A stretch of 64,000 nucleotides of DNA from an uncultured virus (IMG/VR IMGVR_UViG_3300031975_000839) (IMGVR_UViG_3300031975_000839); one strand, 5' to 3'. Counted from the first letter of the stretch, positions 1 through 9,943 are shown. Numbers and translations: made by a program. The notes: generated by a model from the sequence alone, not told the origin.

Positions 1-170
1 TGCTTACTGGTGTCTGGGGTGGTGGTGGACTTGACAAACTGATAAATAACTGTTAAAGTCCCACTCTCTCGCACACCTTTCTATGTTTTTTCTGCCATTT
101 AAAAGATTATTCCGAAAATGCCTCTTTTCACGATATAATGTGCTGTTGTTTCCGATAGTATTGAAATAAT

Positions 171-386
171 CTACTGCACAAGCCCTGTTGAGTAGTTATA
201 TGCACAATCTGATGCATATCGTAGAGAGTGCTCTGTTACATCAATGACTTTGAGTATCACTCCATCTCTGTCCTTTATATGCACATAGTACCCCTTATTT
301 CTCAAGTATCCAGTTTCTTCTTTTACGATAACTGCTTCTTTTCCTGAATTGTCGTCATAGGAAAATGTTCTTACTTCTATTGTCAT
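171..386 (-). CDS. hypothetical phage protein
   Basis: 71-aa ORF abutting the upstream ORF in a minus-strand run. Confidence 0.6.
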   Translation of the reverse strand: MTIEVRTFSYDDNSGKEAVIVKEETGYLRNKGYYVHIKDRDGVILKVIDVTEHSLRYASDCAYNYSTGLVQ

Positions 387-610
387 TATACTATCCTCAT
401 TCTTAGTTTTGTATATAAATTATTAGGTAATCCACTTTGGCTGAGCATCTCTAATAGTGCATCTTTTGATATAGTATTCCATTGATTAAGATATCTGAAC
501 TTTATTTCATCATCTTCAACTCTCACTCGTAATTGAAAGTCATATTCGTTTCTGAAATGATAGTTTTCAATCTCTTGCATTACTACTGTATGGTTTCTAT
601 AAAGTGTCAT
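386..610 (-). CDS. hypothetical phage protein
   Basis: 74-aa ORF overlapping the end of the MTase gene. Confidence 0.6.
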   Translation of the reverse strand: MTLYRNHTVVMQEIENYHFRNEYDFQLRVRVEDDEIKFRYLNQWNTISKDALLEMLSQSGLPNNLYTKLRMRIV

Positions 611-1793
611 GGTATGGCCTCAAGATATTTGCGTAAATGTTCTCTGCAAGGTATTTCATCTGTAATGGTGCAACCATCAATCCTATTCTTGCAAGTTTCT
701 CGTTCAATGTTCCTGTAAACTTGTAATCTTCTGGTAGTGTCATTATTCTTGCAGCTTCTCTTGTTGTGTATACTCTATCCTCGCATGGGTGTAAATGCAC
801 TGCAAGTGATGTTTGTAATCCTTGCTCTGATAAAGTGTGCGATGGATTATCCCACCCAACTCTCCTTGATTGATAGAATGATTGCTTTCTTTCTGGTATG
901 GTTTTACCCCATTTTGCTCTATGTGCAATGAGTTTATCATACCAAGGCCCTACTACATCATCGCCAACGGATACATATGTCTTTGGATTCTTGGGTAATC
1001 TTTTCATCCACTTGTACTTTGCACCCTTTTTCATTGCATCGCAAAGTTCTTGTGATTCAAGAAGATTATTCTTATCCTTTTGTATATCCTCTATCGCATC
1101 TCGTATTGTAGGAGATACCTCATCAGGAGTAGGAAAAACCAATGAATCCAATACCATAAAGGGTACTCCTATCGCATCAAGAACATCATTTCTTACTGAT
1201 ACAATAAAGACTCTTTCTCTCTTTTGTGGAACGCCATGATTACTACCCTTGAGAACCTTATACAATGTGGAATATCCTAATGCTTCAAAGTCATTTACCA
1301 TTCTTTGTAAATGCTCTTTTGCATATTCCATTGTCAATCCCTTGACATTTTCGCACACAATTACTCTTGGTTTAACATCTTTTGCAATGCGTATTTGCTC
1401 CCAAGTTAAGTCCTCAATGTTCTTTTGCTTGATGCCGTATGCAGTTTTCTCTTTACCCCACCCTTTTTGCTTTGTTCCTGACATGGAAAATGGTGGGCAT
1501 GGTGGGCTACCATCAAGAATATCTAATTCTCCTTGTGGTATATTCATCTTCTCTAAGACTTGATTACCTGTTACTTTCTTAATATCATCGCAGATGTTGG
1601 GAGTTCCAGGCCAGTTTGCAAGGTAAGTGTCCATTGCAACTCTTTGAAATTCATTCACAAACAAGCAATCTCCGCCTGCAAGCTTGTACCCACAGGAGCT
1701 CCCACCTCCGCCTGAGAAGAAAGAAATATAGGTAAAAAGTTTTCTGTCTGATGACTTCTTCAAGTCATCTAGTGTATATCTAAAGTATTTCAT
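597..1793 (-). CDS. DNA (cytosine-5)-methyltransferase
   Basis: Motif I FSGGGG, catalytic GSPPCPPFS, ENV, QKRERVF, motif IX REAARIM. Confidence 0.93.
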   Translation of the reverse strand: MKYFRYTLDDLKKSSDRKLFTYISFFSGGGGSSCGYKLAGGDCLFVNEFQRVAMDTYLANWPGTPNICDDIKKVTGNQVLEKMNIPQGELDILDGSPPCPPFSMSGTKQKGWGKEKTAYGIKQKNIEDLTWEQIRIAKDVKPRVIVCENVKGLTMEYAKEHLQRMVNDFEALGYSTLYKVLKGSNHGVPQKRERVFIVSVRNDVLDAIGVPFMVLDSLVFPTPDEVSPTIRDAIEDIQKDKNNLLESQELCDAMKKGAKYKWMKRLPKNPKTYVSVGDDVVGPWYDKLIAHRAKWGKTIPERKQSFYQSRRVGWDNPSHTLSEQGLQTSLAVHLHPCEDRVYTTREAARIMTLPEDYKFTGTLNEKLARIGLMVAPLQMKYLAENIYANILRPYHDTL

Positions 1794-1802
1794 AATGTAA
1801 GT

Positions 1803-1831
1803 ATTATATCAAAAAATTTAGTCTAAGTCAA
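1803..1831 (-). promoter_or_regulatory. sigma70-type promoter for the MTase gene
   Basis: TTGACT-17 nt-TATAAT, 9 nt before ATG. Confidence 0.75.
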
Positions 1832-2117
1832 GTTCTCCTTGAACTTTTAATGGATTAATATTTCCCATATCACTCTCATAGAGATACTCTGCACTTTGCG
1901 TTGCAGAGAAGTGATTTTCCCTCCCATAATTCTTCTTTAAAGAGTTCAATTTATCTTCAGCTGTGGACAGCTTAATCAATTCGCTGTCTACTGCGCTGAC
2001 TAAGTCAGGGTGCTCTCCGATGCCTGATGGATTTGACATATAAACATCAATATTTGCACGAGCACTTTCTATTTCACTTTCATACTTTAATTGTAATGCT
2101 TTCACGATATTACTCAT
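1818..2117 (-). CDS. conserved hypothetical protein of marine T4-like phages
   Basis: NPSGIGEHPD motif, next to regA. Confidence 0.7.
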   Translation of the reverse strand: MSNIVKALQLKYESEIESARANIDVYMSNPSGIGEHPDLVSAVDSELIKLSTAEDKLNSLKKNYGRENHFSATQSAEYLYESDMGNINPLKVQGELDLD

Positions 2118-2533
2118 TCCGATTCTCCTTTTTTAGTTCCAATGTTATATTTTGTTTCAAGTGTCCAATCACCTTTTTCTTTAAACGATATGATTTTAAT
2201 TTGCGACAAAGGAGCGCTTGGCTCTGGCTCACCTTTTATCTCCACTAATCCCCAATCTTTGAGTAATTTAGAAATAGTGTTTCTTCTTGCGATATCGTTC
2301 TCTGATAGGTTTGTTTGCTTTCCGTCAAGTGCAAATAACTCTTTAAAATGCACGATGTAGTATCGTCCTTGCTTGTGTAGTATGTGGCAAGACTGATATA
2401 ATTTCTTTTCTTTACGAGATGCAACTCCAATGCGTGATAGAGTTTCTCTTATTTTGAGGAAATCGTCTGGTTCTTTGAGAGTAACCTCTAGCATCTTCTC
2501 TTGAGTCCAATTAATACTTTCCATTTTTTCCAC
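2114..2533 (-). CDS. regA: translational repressor RegA
   Basis: PDDFLKIRETLSRIG, LYQSCHILHKQGRYYIVHFKELFALDG. Confidence 0.97.
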   Translation of the reverse strand: MEKMESINWTQEKMLEVTLKEPDDFLKIRETLSRIGVASRKEKKLYQSCHILHKQGRYYIVHFKELFALDGKQTNLSENDIARRNTISKLLKDWGLVEIKGEPEPSAPLSQIKIISFKEKGDWTLETKYNIGTKKGESE

Positions 2534-2906
2534 CTTTGTTCAATTTTTCTTTTATATAATCTAGTTGATTATCTGTAAGTATTTCAAGAGCAGACCTAGC
2601 CTTTGCATTACTATATCCATAAAACTCTTTAACATACTCTATGTTTTTTATTTTACTCGCCTTCAACCATTGTGCAAATCTCTTGCGTGGTCGTATACTA
2701 TTTAGTAAAAAATCAAACTGGAGTTTCTTATCAAGATTCGTTCTCATGTTCATCTCATTCACCAGCATGAGCGTTTCTGGAAATGCAGACAGGCACTTAT
2801 TAACAATAAATGGTGGATACTTCTTCTCCCACATCTCATCATCAGTGTCCATGAGTTTCTTTTTACTATGATTAATTGCGTTTAGATATTCTTTCAATTC
2901 ATACAT
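2511..2906 (-). CDS. 62: clamp loader small subunit gp62
   Basis: YPPFIVNKCLS, NEMN, QFDFLLNSIRPRKRF; upstream of regA. Confidence 0.93.
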   Translation of the reverse strand: MYELKEYLNAINHSKKKLMDTDDEMWEKKYPPFIVNKCLSAFPETLMLVNEMNMRTNLDKKLQFDFLLNSIRPRKRFAQWLKASKIKNIEYVKEFYGYSNAKARSALEILTDNQLDYIKEKLNKGGKNGKY

Positions 2907-3333
2907 TTTCTAGCCTTTCTTTTTGCCAGTTTAAAGCTCTTTGCATTTGGTCTGGATTGTCATTAAATGCACCAAACCCTTGATTACACTTATGGCAAAT
3001 ATATCCTAAAAACTTTCCAGTTTTGTGGCAATGATGCAATCTCCATTTTTTAAAAACAGATTGCCCTAATCTACCAAGATACTCCAGAGTGTACCCACAG
3101 GACGGGCATGGCTCTTTTCTTGACGGCATAGGATTTTCTTTTTTCAGTTGCCCTCTTATTCTGGTTGCTTTATTTCTACAATCCTTGCAAGTTCTTTTAA
3201 TCTCAGAGCTACTCTTACCAGTTTGGTATTTCATCTGGCTAAAGTGTGATAGTGGTTTTTCTTCCTCACACTTAATGCAGACGATACCAGCAACTGGTGA
3301 TTCATCTTCTATAAATTCACATAGATTAGACAT
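2899..3333 (-). CDS. endonuclease VII-like HNH nuclease (putative free-standing homing endonuclease)
   Basis: CxxC pairs and LHHCHKTGKFLGYICHKCNQGFG. Confidence 0.8.
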   Translation of the reverse strand: MSNLCEFIEDESPVAGIVCIKCEEEKPLSHFSQMKYQTGKSSSEIKRTCKDCRNKATRIRGQLKKENPMPSRKEPCPSCGYTLEYLGRLGQSVFKKWRLHHCHKTGKFLGYICHKCNQGFGAFNDNPDQMQRALNWQKERLENV

Positions 3334-4269
3334 TTACTTAAATTTGCATTGAGCCATGAGCTCTGTTAAGCACGCAAGTAGATTTATCTCTTGATCTGCG
3401 ACAAAGGATGCTTTGTAACTGTAGTCAGCAATGCTAACAACAGCATGGGGGATAGTAGAACCATCCACATTATCATACAGAGAGTCATAAATAAGGCGAT
3501 AAATACGCATTGGATCGTTATCAATATGCTGTACAACCCATTCTCGTACTTTCTTAAATTCTTTCTTTTTGAGTGATACCATAAGGTCATTAATATGCTC
3601 CTCTTTTAGATTGACGAGTAAGCCTGCATCTATTTTACCTGATGCAGAATATCTCTGTAGTTCATTGAGTATTCTTCTCCAATCTGGAAAATATTTAGTA
3701 ATCAACTCAAGCACAACTTTCTTATCATACTCTACATTTTCTTTCTTAAGTATATTTGTCACACTAATGAAGAAGTCTTGAGCTAGTCTAGGCTTGTCTT
3801 TCTTTGGTATGATGAAATCTACATTACTGCATCTTGATTGCAGTGGTGATATCAAGCGATTCTTAAAATTGCAAGTCAGAATAAATCCACAGTTCTTGTG
3901 AAATTCTTCCATGAATCCACGAAGTGCAGGCTGAGTAGATTGTGGATTGAGATAGTCTGCCTCATCTAGTATAATGTATTTTCTACCACCCTCAAGTGAA
4001 ACTGTTGATGCAAAGTTTTTAATTTTAGTTCTAAGAACATCAATCCCAGATTCTTCTGATCCGTTTATCATCATGTATGTTGAGCCAATCTGATTTATCA
4101 TTGACTTTGCAACTGTGGTTTTACCTACACCAGGCCCACCTGATAAGATTAAGTTTGGTATGTGCTTGTCTTTTACAAACTCACCAAATGTTTCTTTCAG
4201 TTCACTTGGTAGTATGCAAGATTCAATTGTATCTGGACGATACTTTTCTACCCATAAAAATGTTTCCAT
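3334..4269 (-). CDS. 44: clamp loader ATPase subunit gp44
   Basis: LWVEKYRP, GPGVGKTT, ILDEAD, SRC motif. Confidence 0.97.
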   Translation of the reverse strand: METFLWVEKYRPDTIESCILPSELKETFGEFVKDKHIPNLILSGGPGVGKTTVAKSMINQIGSTYMMINGSEESGIDVLRTKIKNFASTVSLEGGRKYIILDEADYLNPQSTQPALRGFMEEFHKNCGFILTCNFKNRLISPLQSRCSNVDFIIPKKDKPRLAQDFFISVTNILKKENVEYDKKVVLELITKYFPDWRRILNELQRYSASGKIDAGLLVNLKEEHINDLMVSLKKKEFKKVREWVVQHIDNDPMRIYRLIYDSLYDNVDGSTIPHAVVSIADYSYKASFVADQEINLLACLTELMAQCKFK

Positions 4270-4292
4270 AATATATTACTCCTTTTTCAAAT

Positions 4293-6800
4293 TCAAACAA
4301 AAAATTCTTCTAATGTTCCTTGTGTTCCATAACTCTCATCTAGTTTCCATCTTATTTTATCTGTGATAAACTTAAGAGGCTCCATAAAACTTTTTTCAAA
4401 CTGCATATCATAATCAATCTTATCTTGCACATTAAACTCCTTTGGTAATCTAGTCATAAACGACATTGCAGTAGATTGATAAACATTTGGAGTTTTCATG
4501 TGAACAAACTTAATCTTATCTCCCTCTTGTATGAATGGATATTTGTGCGTAAGTTTTTGTTTTCGCAATAAGTGATTATATAATATCGCACCCTTACAAT
4601 GTATAGGAGCTCCTTTAGAAAAGAGGTTATGTGATGTTGTAAATTTGTCTAATCCATTTACACTTCTTGGATATGCTATTTCCTCAGCTGGTAGTTCCAT
4701 AAACTTCTTACGAAAATCCTGTATAAAATCATTTAATTCAGAAGAATCACCATTCATAATAATCTTAAGTGCAGACTTAAGTTTCTCTCTGCAAGGCGCA
4801 GGCGTTGATGATTTAACTGCTTCAATACCCATGATTTTTAACTGTGGCTCTTTATATCTTACACCCTCAACATCCCATGCGTTAAGTATGTATCTTTTCT
4901 TTGCAACCCATACAGCTTTATCTGCAATCACCTCACGCTTCATACTCATCTTTTGCTCGTATGCGTTTATGTATTCAGAGAGAACCGAATAACTTTTATC
5001 AATAAATGGTTCAATTTTTTCTCTGGCCACAGTATCCAAGAAGTTGATGATTTTTTCAGTCTTTGCTCCCTCTCTAAACACTTTACTAACGAGTTCGTCA
5101 AATGTAATGTACACTGAATCTGTATCTGAAGCAAGAATGAAATCTTTTCCAGATGTTCCAATAATTGAATTAATATACTTGTTAATTGAATGTTCAATAT
5201 AGCGAATGGATAACTGACCACTCGTAGTAATAGCCTCAGCAACCAATATATTGTAATAACGAAACCAATTATTACCGATAGCACCATAGGCACTATTAAG
5301 AGAGATTTTTTTAGCCATCTGAATATTGTTATATCTTGCAATGTCTTTAATGAGTTTGGGATTTTTTGTTCTCTCATATTCTTTCTTTGCCTGAATCATA
5401 AGCTTCTTATAACTCACTCTATCATCATATATCTTCTGCATTATTTCAGGCAAAAATCCTTTCTTATCTGTTTTAAATAATGCACCATTTGGAGTAAGTG
5501 TTACATTTTTCTTCTTGAGAGCTGATGTGTCCTTTTCTAACTTTATCATCTCCTCAACTTGTGAATCTTGCCACAGTGGTTTTTTAGAATATAATGTTTC
5601 TGGTGATATGTTATACTGCATGATTAAGTGTGGATATAATGAGTTTAAATCAAATGACATTACCCATTTATGCTCTCCCACTTGTGGATCTTTTACATAC
5701 GCACCTTCAAACTTACTTGATTTCTTTTGCTCAATCTTTTGTGGTATAACAATATTTTTACCACGCAAGTAATTATATATGAGTATATCCCAATACTTTG
5801 TAGTTCCTAAAACATCCATGTAATTAACTTTTGCATCATATGCCATAGTTAAGCATAACTCAATAAGTTTTAACTTATCCTCTAACTTGTCAACCAACTC
5901 AACATCAGTAATATTATATTCAATAAAAGATTGATAGTCTTTGGTATACCACTCTCTAAAAGTTTCAAATGGATTACCATCTTTTCTTTCACCTAGTTCA
6001 ACAAATGCAATGTGGTCTAACCTATACGATTCTTGGTTTGTATATGTAAACTTACGATACAAATCATAATAATCTAAATGTGCAATACCTTGCACCTCAT
6101 ACACTTGATGACTGCGTCCTTGTGAGTAAATGTTACGACTTGAAACATTACCCCAAGGCGATAACTTTTTTAACATTTTTTCATCAAATAATCTTGAGAT
6201 ACGATTACAAATATAAGGTAAATCAAAAAACTCTGTATTCCAGCCAGTAATTATATCTGGATAATTATCAGTCCAAAATGTAACAAAACGATTCAGTAAT
6301 GTTTTCTCACTATCGCAAAGTATATAAGTTACATCTTCTCTATCTGTAGTAAAGTCTTTTAATCCCCAAACAATAATTTCTTTACTTTGATGATTCTTGA
6401 TTGTAATTGATAACAGTGGCTCACTTGCTTCCTCTGGATTAGGAAATCCATTTTCACATTCAACCTCAATATCAATTGTTACCAGTAAAAGTTTCTCACT
6501 ATCCCATTTTACTTCATTAGGATATTCATCTGCAATGTAATTGTATGCAAAAGAAGTATTTCCATAAATTAGATGTGGCTGATTTTTATAATTGTTTACC
6601 CACTCTTTTGCCTCTTTCATAGAAGTATGTTTCATAGGTGTAACATATTTTCCCTCAAGAGTTTTGTATTCTGTTGGTTTACTAACGACTGTATATAAAG
6701 TAGGCTGATACTTTATCTTGCGATTGACTCTTTGTCCGTCTTTGTATTCACGAACAAGTAAATTATCACCCCATTGTGTAATATTGGTATAAAATTTCAT
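4293..6800 (-). CDS. 43: family B DNA polymerase gp43
   Basis: Exonuclease DIE, SFDLNSLYPH, KISLNSAYG, SDTDS. Confidence 0.98.
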   Translation of the reverse strand: MKFYTNITQWGDNLLVREYKDGQRVNRKIKYQPTLYTVVSKPTEYKTLEGKYVTPMKHTSMKEAKEWVNNYKNQPHLIYGNTSFAYNYIADEYPNEVKWDSEKLLLVTIDIEVECENGFPNPEEASEPLLSITIKNHQSKEIIVWGLKDFTTDREDVTYILCDSEKTLLNRFVTFWTDNYPDIITGWNTEFFDLPYICNRISRLFDEKMLKKLSPWGNVSSRNIYSQGRSHQVYEVQGIAHLDYYDLYRKFTYTNQESYRLDHIAFVELGERKDGNPFETFREWYTKDYQSFIEYNITDVELVDKLEDKLKLIELCLTMAYDAKVNYMDVLGTTKYWDILIYNYLRGKNIVIPQKIEQKKSSKFEGAYVKDPQVGEHKWVMSFDLNSLYPHLIMQYNISPETLYSKKPLWQDSQVEEMIKLEKDTSALKKKNVTLTPNGALFKTDKKGFLPEIMQKIYDDRVSYKKLMIQAKKEYERTKNPKLIKDIARYNNIQMAKKISLNSAYGAIGNNWFRYYNILVAEAITTSGQLSIRYIEHSINKYINSIIGTSGKDFILASDTDSVYITFDELVSKVFREGAKTEKIINFLDTVAREKIEPFIDKSYSVLSEYINAYEQKMSMKREVIADKAVWVAKKRYILNAWDVEGVRYKEPQLKIMGIEAVKSSTPAPCREKLKSALKIIMNGDSSELNDFIQDFRKKFMELPAEEIAYPRSVNGLDKFTTSHNLFSKGAPIHCKGAILYNHLLRKQKLTHKYPFIQEGDKIKFVHMKTPNVYQSTAMSFMTRLPKEFNVQDKIDYDMQFEKSFMEPLKFITDKIRWKLDESYGTQGTLEEFFV

Positions 6801-6806
6801 TGTATA

Positions 6807-6835
6807 ATGATATCATAGTTAAGTGGTGGTGTCAA
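6807..6835 (-). promoter_or_regulatory. sigma70-type promoter for gp43
   Basis: TTGACA-17 nt-TATCAT, 6 nt before ATG. Confidence 0.75.
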
Positions 6836-7386
6836 ACCTTATCACCATAATTAAAAGCTAAACTAATTCTTTTCATGTCAGATTTGTTTTTTTCAACTTC
6901 ATGCTTTTCAAGATTTGAAAATAAAATTAAATCATTTGTCTTTGGTGATATTCTATCATTGTCAAAAACAATATCACCCATGTTTTCATCTGGAACATCT
7001 ATGTAAAACACACCACTCAATCCATTTAAGTGATTGACTAATATCCATCTATCACCATGCTTTACCATATAAGTTTTTTTATCTTCGTGATTGTGTTTTA
7101 TATTGTAATTATTCTTACCATTAATGTTAAACCATAGAGATGATAGTATCATTTTTCTAGGGAGATGTTTTTCTATCTCTGTAAACAAATCCTCACATAT
7201 TTTTGGTGGCTCTATAAATTTAGTTGATTGAAACCCACCAACATTAGATACCTCTCTACCCTCACTTAAAGAGAGTGCATATTCTTTAATTGGTTTTGTA
7301 TTAATTGATAATTTATGTTTTTTAATTTGAAATTTTGTATTCAAAATTGTAACTCTCACTATTAGTTTGTAATAACTTTGCACCAT
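6832..7386 (-). CDS. 2OG-Fe(II) oxygenase (TIGR02466-like); true start probably downstream
   Basis: SNVGGFQS, WFNIN, HNH, LSGVFY, H-x-V...RISLAFN. Confidence 0.8.
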   Translation of the reverse strand: MVQSYYKLIVRVTILNTKFQIKKHKLSINTKPIKEYALSLSEGREVSNVGGFQSTKFIEPPKICEDLFTEIEKHLPRKMILSSLWFNINGKNNYNIKHNHEDKKTYMVKHGDRWILVNHLNGLSGVFYIDVPDENMGDIVFDNDRISPKTNDLILFSNLEKHEVEKNKSDMKRISLAFNYGDKV

Positions 7387-7786
7387 TAGACAAGTGAAAC
7401 TTTTTTGCCATTTCAGTTAGTGGTGATAAAGTTACTAATCTCATAATATTTCTGTCAAAAGAAAAATATTCTTGAAGTGCAAGTATCAAAGATCGGCCTG
7501 CACCTTTAACTGTGTCAGAATTATTCCATATAGTATACGCAACTGCAATATCTGATTTGTGTGGTGATATTATAGAGGTATCATCTTCCAACTCTTTCAT
7601 AGTTGTAGGTATTTCACTGCAATATGCAATACAGCACAAAGATGCATAATTACTTTCTTCTCCCCATCCAAATACTTCACGATTTGAACCAATACGAAAG
7701 TTTCTATCATACTCTGGGCGTACAATATCTTTTTCAATAGTAAAATCTGTTACTGAATCAAATAATTCCAAAAGTTTTATCTCCAT
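7322..7786 (-). CDS. GNAT-fold protein resembling the malonyl-CoA decarboxylase catalytic core
   Basis: AYTIWN, KGAGRSLI, VTLSP, FHLSNGA. Confidence 0.6.
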   Translation of the reverse strand: MEIKLLELFDSVTDFTIEKDIVRPEYDRNFRIGSNREVFGWGEESNYASLCCIAYCSEIPTTMKELEDDTSIISPHKSDIAVAYTIWNNSDTVKGAGRSLILALQEYFSFDRNIMRLVTLSPLTEMAKKFHLSNGAKLLQTNSESYNFEYKISN

Positions 7787-8111
7787 TATCTTTTATTGTT
7801 GGATTGTAAAAGTCATATTGCCAAGTTATTTCCTCACCACATTCTATATAACGATTTGTGATTAGTATCCACAAATCTCCAAACAAACCAACTTCAATTT
7901 CCCAAGGCAACTTTTGTTTTCTACAGTTTGGCGTTTCCGAGTGATTACCAAATCCACCAAGAGGCGTTCTTATAATTTCAATTCCAGTAAAAAAATGAGT
8001 AACACCTAAATTAGTATTTTCTTCAATATCATCTATTGCGACAAGTCCTAATCCATGTATTTCAGATGGCTCTATAGATAAGCAACTAGGTAGTGGCCTA
8101 TAAATCTTCAT
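7758..8111 (-). CDS. SET-domain methyltransferase
   Basis: SEIHGLGLVA, NHSETPNC, GEEITWQY. Confidence 0.85.
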   Translation of the reverse strand: MKIYRPLPSCLSIEPSEIHGLGLVAIDDIEENTNLGVTHFFTGIEIIRTPLGGFGNHSETPNCRKQKLPWEIEVGLFGDLWILITNRYIECGEEITWQYDFYNPTIKDNGDKTFGII

Positions 8112-8484
8112 GTGGTAGTCTTAAAATCCATCTCACTATCAGTTCTGCTTGCTGGTCGTGAACACTACTTGGAGGCATTGGAATATCACCCCAATTACCA
8201 ACACCACCATACATAATAGTTTTTGATAGTGTGCGAATTTTTGTAGTATCAGCATCTTTGTATCTGATTGATATTGCAGTAAATGATGGGCCACCCAAAT
8301 CTTCTTTTAATGCATGACATTTTGTGCATCTCTCCTTTTTAAAAATAGAATACACTGGATCATTAACTTTTAAAAACTCATCATCTGCACTTGTGTATGA
8401 TAAAAAAATTAAAAATGCAGATAATGCCACTTGTAAAAAAACAATTACCCAAACCCACCATTCTGGTTTTCTTTTAAACTTCAT
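8098..8484 (-). CDS. class I c-type cytochrome (c551/c552-like), membrane-anchored or exported
   Basis: N-terminal hydrophobic segment, heme motif CTKCH, GPSF, distal Met in WGDIPMPP. Confidence 0.88.
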   Translation of the reverse strand: MKFKRKPEWWVWVIVFLQVALSAFLIFLSYTSADDEFLKVNDPVYSIFKKERCTKCHALKEDLGGPSFTAISIRYKDADTTKIRTLSKTIMYGGVGNWGDIPMPPSSVHDQQAELIVRWILRLPHEDL

Positions 8485-9323
8485 TTTTTTCTACTTTGCA
8501 CCATGTCGTGAATAGGTTTAGGAATCATTGAAGCTCCCATTCCACCATCTCCAAGTCCAACTGGATCGTTAAACCCATTAACAACTACACCTCTTTCTAA
8601 ATCTCTAAGTTGATATGACATGTTAAATGCAAGACTTCTTCTTTCACCTTTACCTAAAAATGGATATACTGTGTGAAGTAAATTTGATGGGAATAAAAAT
8701 AACTCTCCTACTTGTGGAGTGTGCTGATAAGTACCCATTTCTAATCCCATTGTTCCAGCAGAGTTAGCAATAAATTCAATATTCCCATCTACCCAATTTT
8801 GTTTATATGGCTTTGTGTCATCCCATCTTTTTTCATACTTTGGTATTTTAAGATACATGACTGAACTGATGTCACAATCTGTGTGAAAGTGAACTGGATT
8901 ATATTCATTTTCATATTGACAAACTGCCCATGCACTTTTATATAGAACTGAAAGCTGAAAATTCTTTTTTAAATTTTCTCTGCCACCAAATCTTGATGAT
9001 AGAACTTGGTGAACAAAAGATGCTGTGCATGAATGAAAAAAATGTGCAGCTCCAGACTCATCTAAATCTTGAAGTGACAAGTCAGGCTCGTGATTAATCT
9101 GACCAACTAATCTATCCCCATGAGTTTTATATTGCTCATTAAGTTTTCTGTCTACTGTTTTGTTTAACCCATCAACTATTTCTTGTGGAACAACAATTCT
9201 TGCAAGTGGTGGCCCAAAGAAATTATTAATCTGGTATTGAACTTTTTCGTAAACTTTTTTATTTTTCCAGTAATCTGCTTGCGTTTTTGGTTGCTCTGGA
9301 TTTGGTGTGTCTTTTAATTTCAT
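8481..9323 (-). CDS. 2OG-Fe(II) oxygenase
   Basis: EYNPVHFH, ISSVMYL, FPSNLLHTVYPF, RRSLAFN. Confidence 0.85.
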   Translation of the reverse strand: MKLKDTPNPEQPKTQADYWKNKKVYEKVQYQINNFFGPPLARIVVPQEIVDGLNKTVDRKLNEQYKTHGDRLVGQINHEPDLSLQDLDESGAAHFFHSCTASFVHQVLSSRFGGRENLKKNFQLSVLYKSAWAVCQYENEYNPVHFHTDCDISSVMYLKIPKYEKRWDDTKPYKQNWVDGNIEFIANSAGTMGLEMGTYQHTPQVGELFLFPSNLLHTVYPFLGKGERRSLAFNMSYQLRDLERGVVVNGFNDPVGLGDGGMGASMIPKPIHDMVQSRKK

Positions 9324-9646
9324 AGTATACTATCCTCATTTTCTAAATTTTTATCATGTTACCACAGATAGTATATAGGTGTCAAGTATTATAAACAATC
9401 TTCAAAATATGGTTTTACCCATGTAGTAGATTTGTATTTTAATTTAAGTTTTATTTTCTCTATTATCTTTTTCATTATCCTTTTCCTACTGGCCCTAATA
9501 ACCATGACATAAACCAAATAAGTAATGCTATTGGTAATATAATTTCAAAAATTATTTGTCTTATCAATTTTTTAGTTTCTGGTTTCACTTGAGTTTGTAA
9601 TTTTTATAAATATGAGTGTAGACGGCAGAAAAAAGTAAATACCATT

Positions 9647-9943
9647 TTACCACCTAATTTCTTGAATATCTCGTCTGCATCTACCAATGCCTGGCATATT
9701 TACTAGCATACCATTTTGACAAGTGTATGTGCATATCATAAATTGTCGCTCTTCATTTACCATCTCATATTCAGTAAACATGCACCACATTTTATCTTCA
9801 CCTATGTCTGGTAAATCATATTTTGACCAATCAATTTCTTTTGCGTGTATCATTGTGTTTAGAGTTAACACATATAATAAACATGATGCGAGTAGCATAG
9901 ATACTACTGATAACCAATATTTCATTTTAATCTCACTTTCCAA
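9647..9943 (-). CDS. hypothetical secreted Cys-containing protein
   Basis: Signal-like N-terminus, Cys pattern. Confidence 0.5.
   Translation of the reverse strand: MESEIKMKYWLSVVSMLLASCLLYVLTLNTMIHAKEIDWSKYDLPDIGEDKMWCMFTEYEMVNEERQFMICTYTCQNGMLVNMPGIGRCRRDIQEIRW

Noticed and set aside
4293..6800. Intron or intein in gp43 (also checked nrdA, nrdB, thyX)
   Set aside because: Reading frames are continuous and of ordinary length.
597..9323. C5-MTase plus TET/JBP base-hypermodification system
   Set aside because: The oxygenases have HxH TIGR02466-like motifs rather than the TET/JBP HxD pattern and are not adjacent to the MTase.
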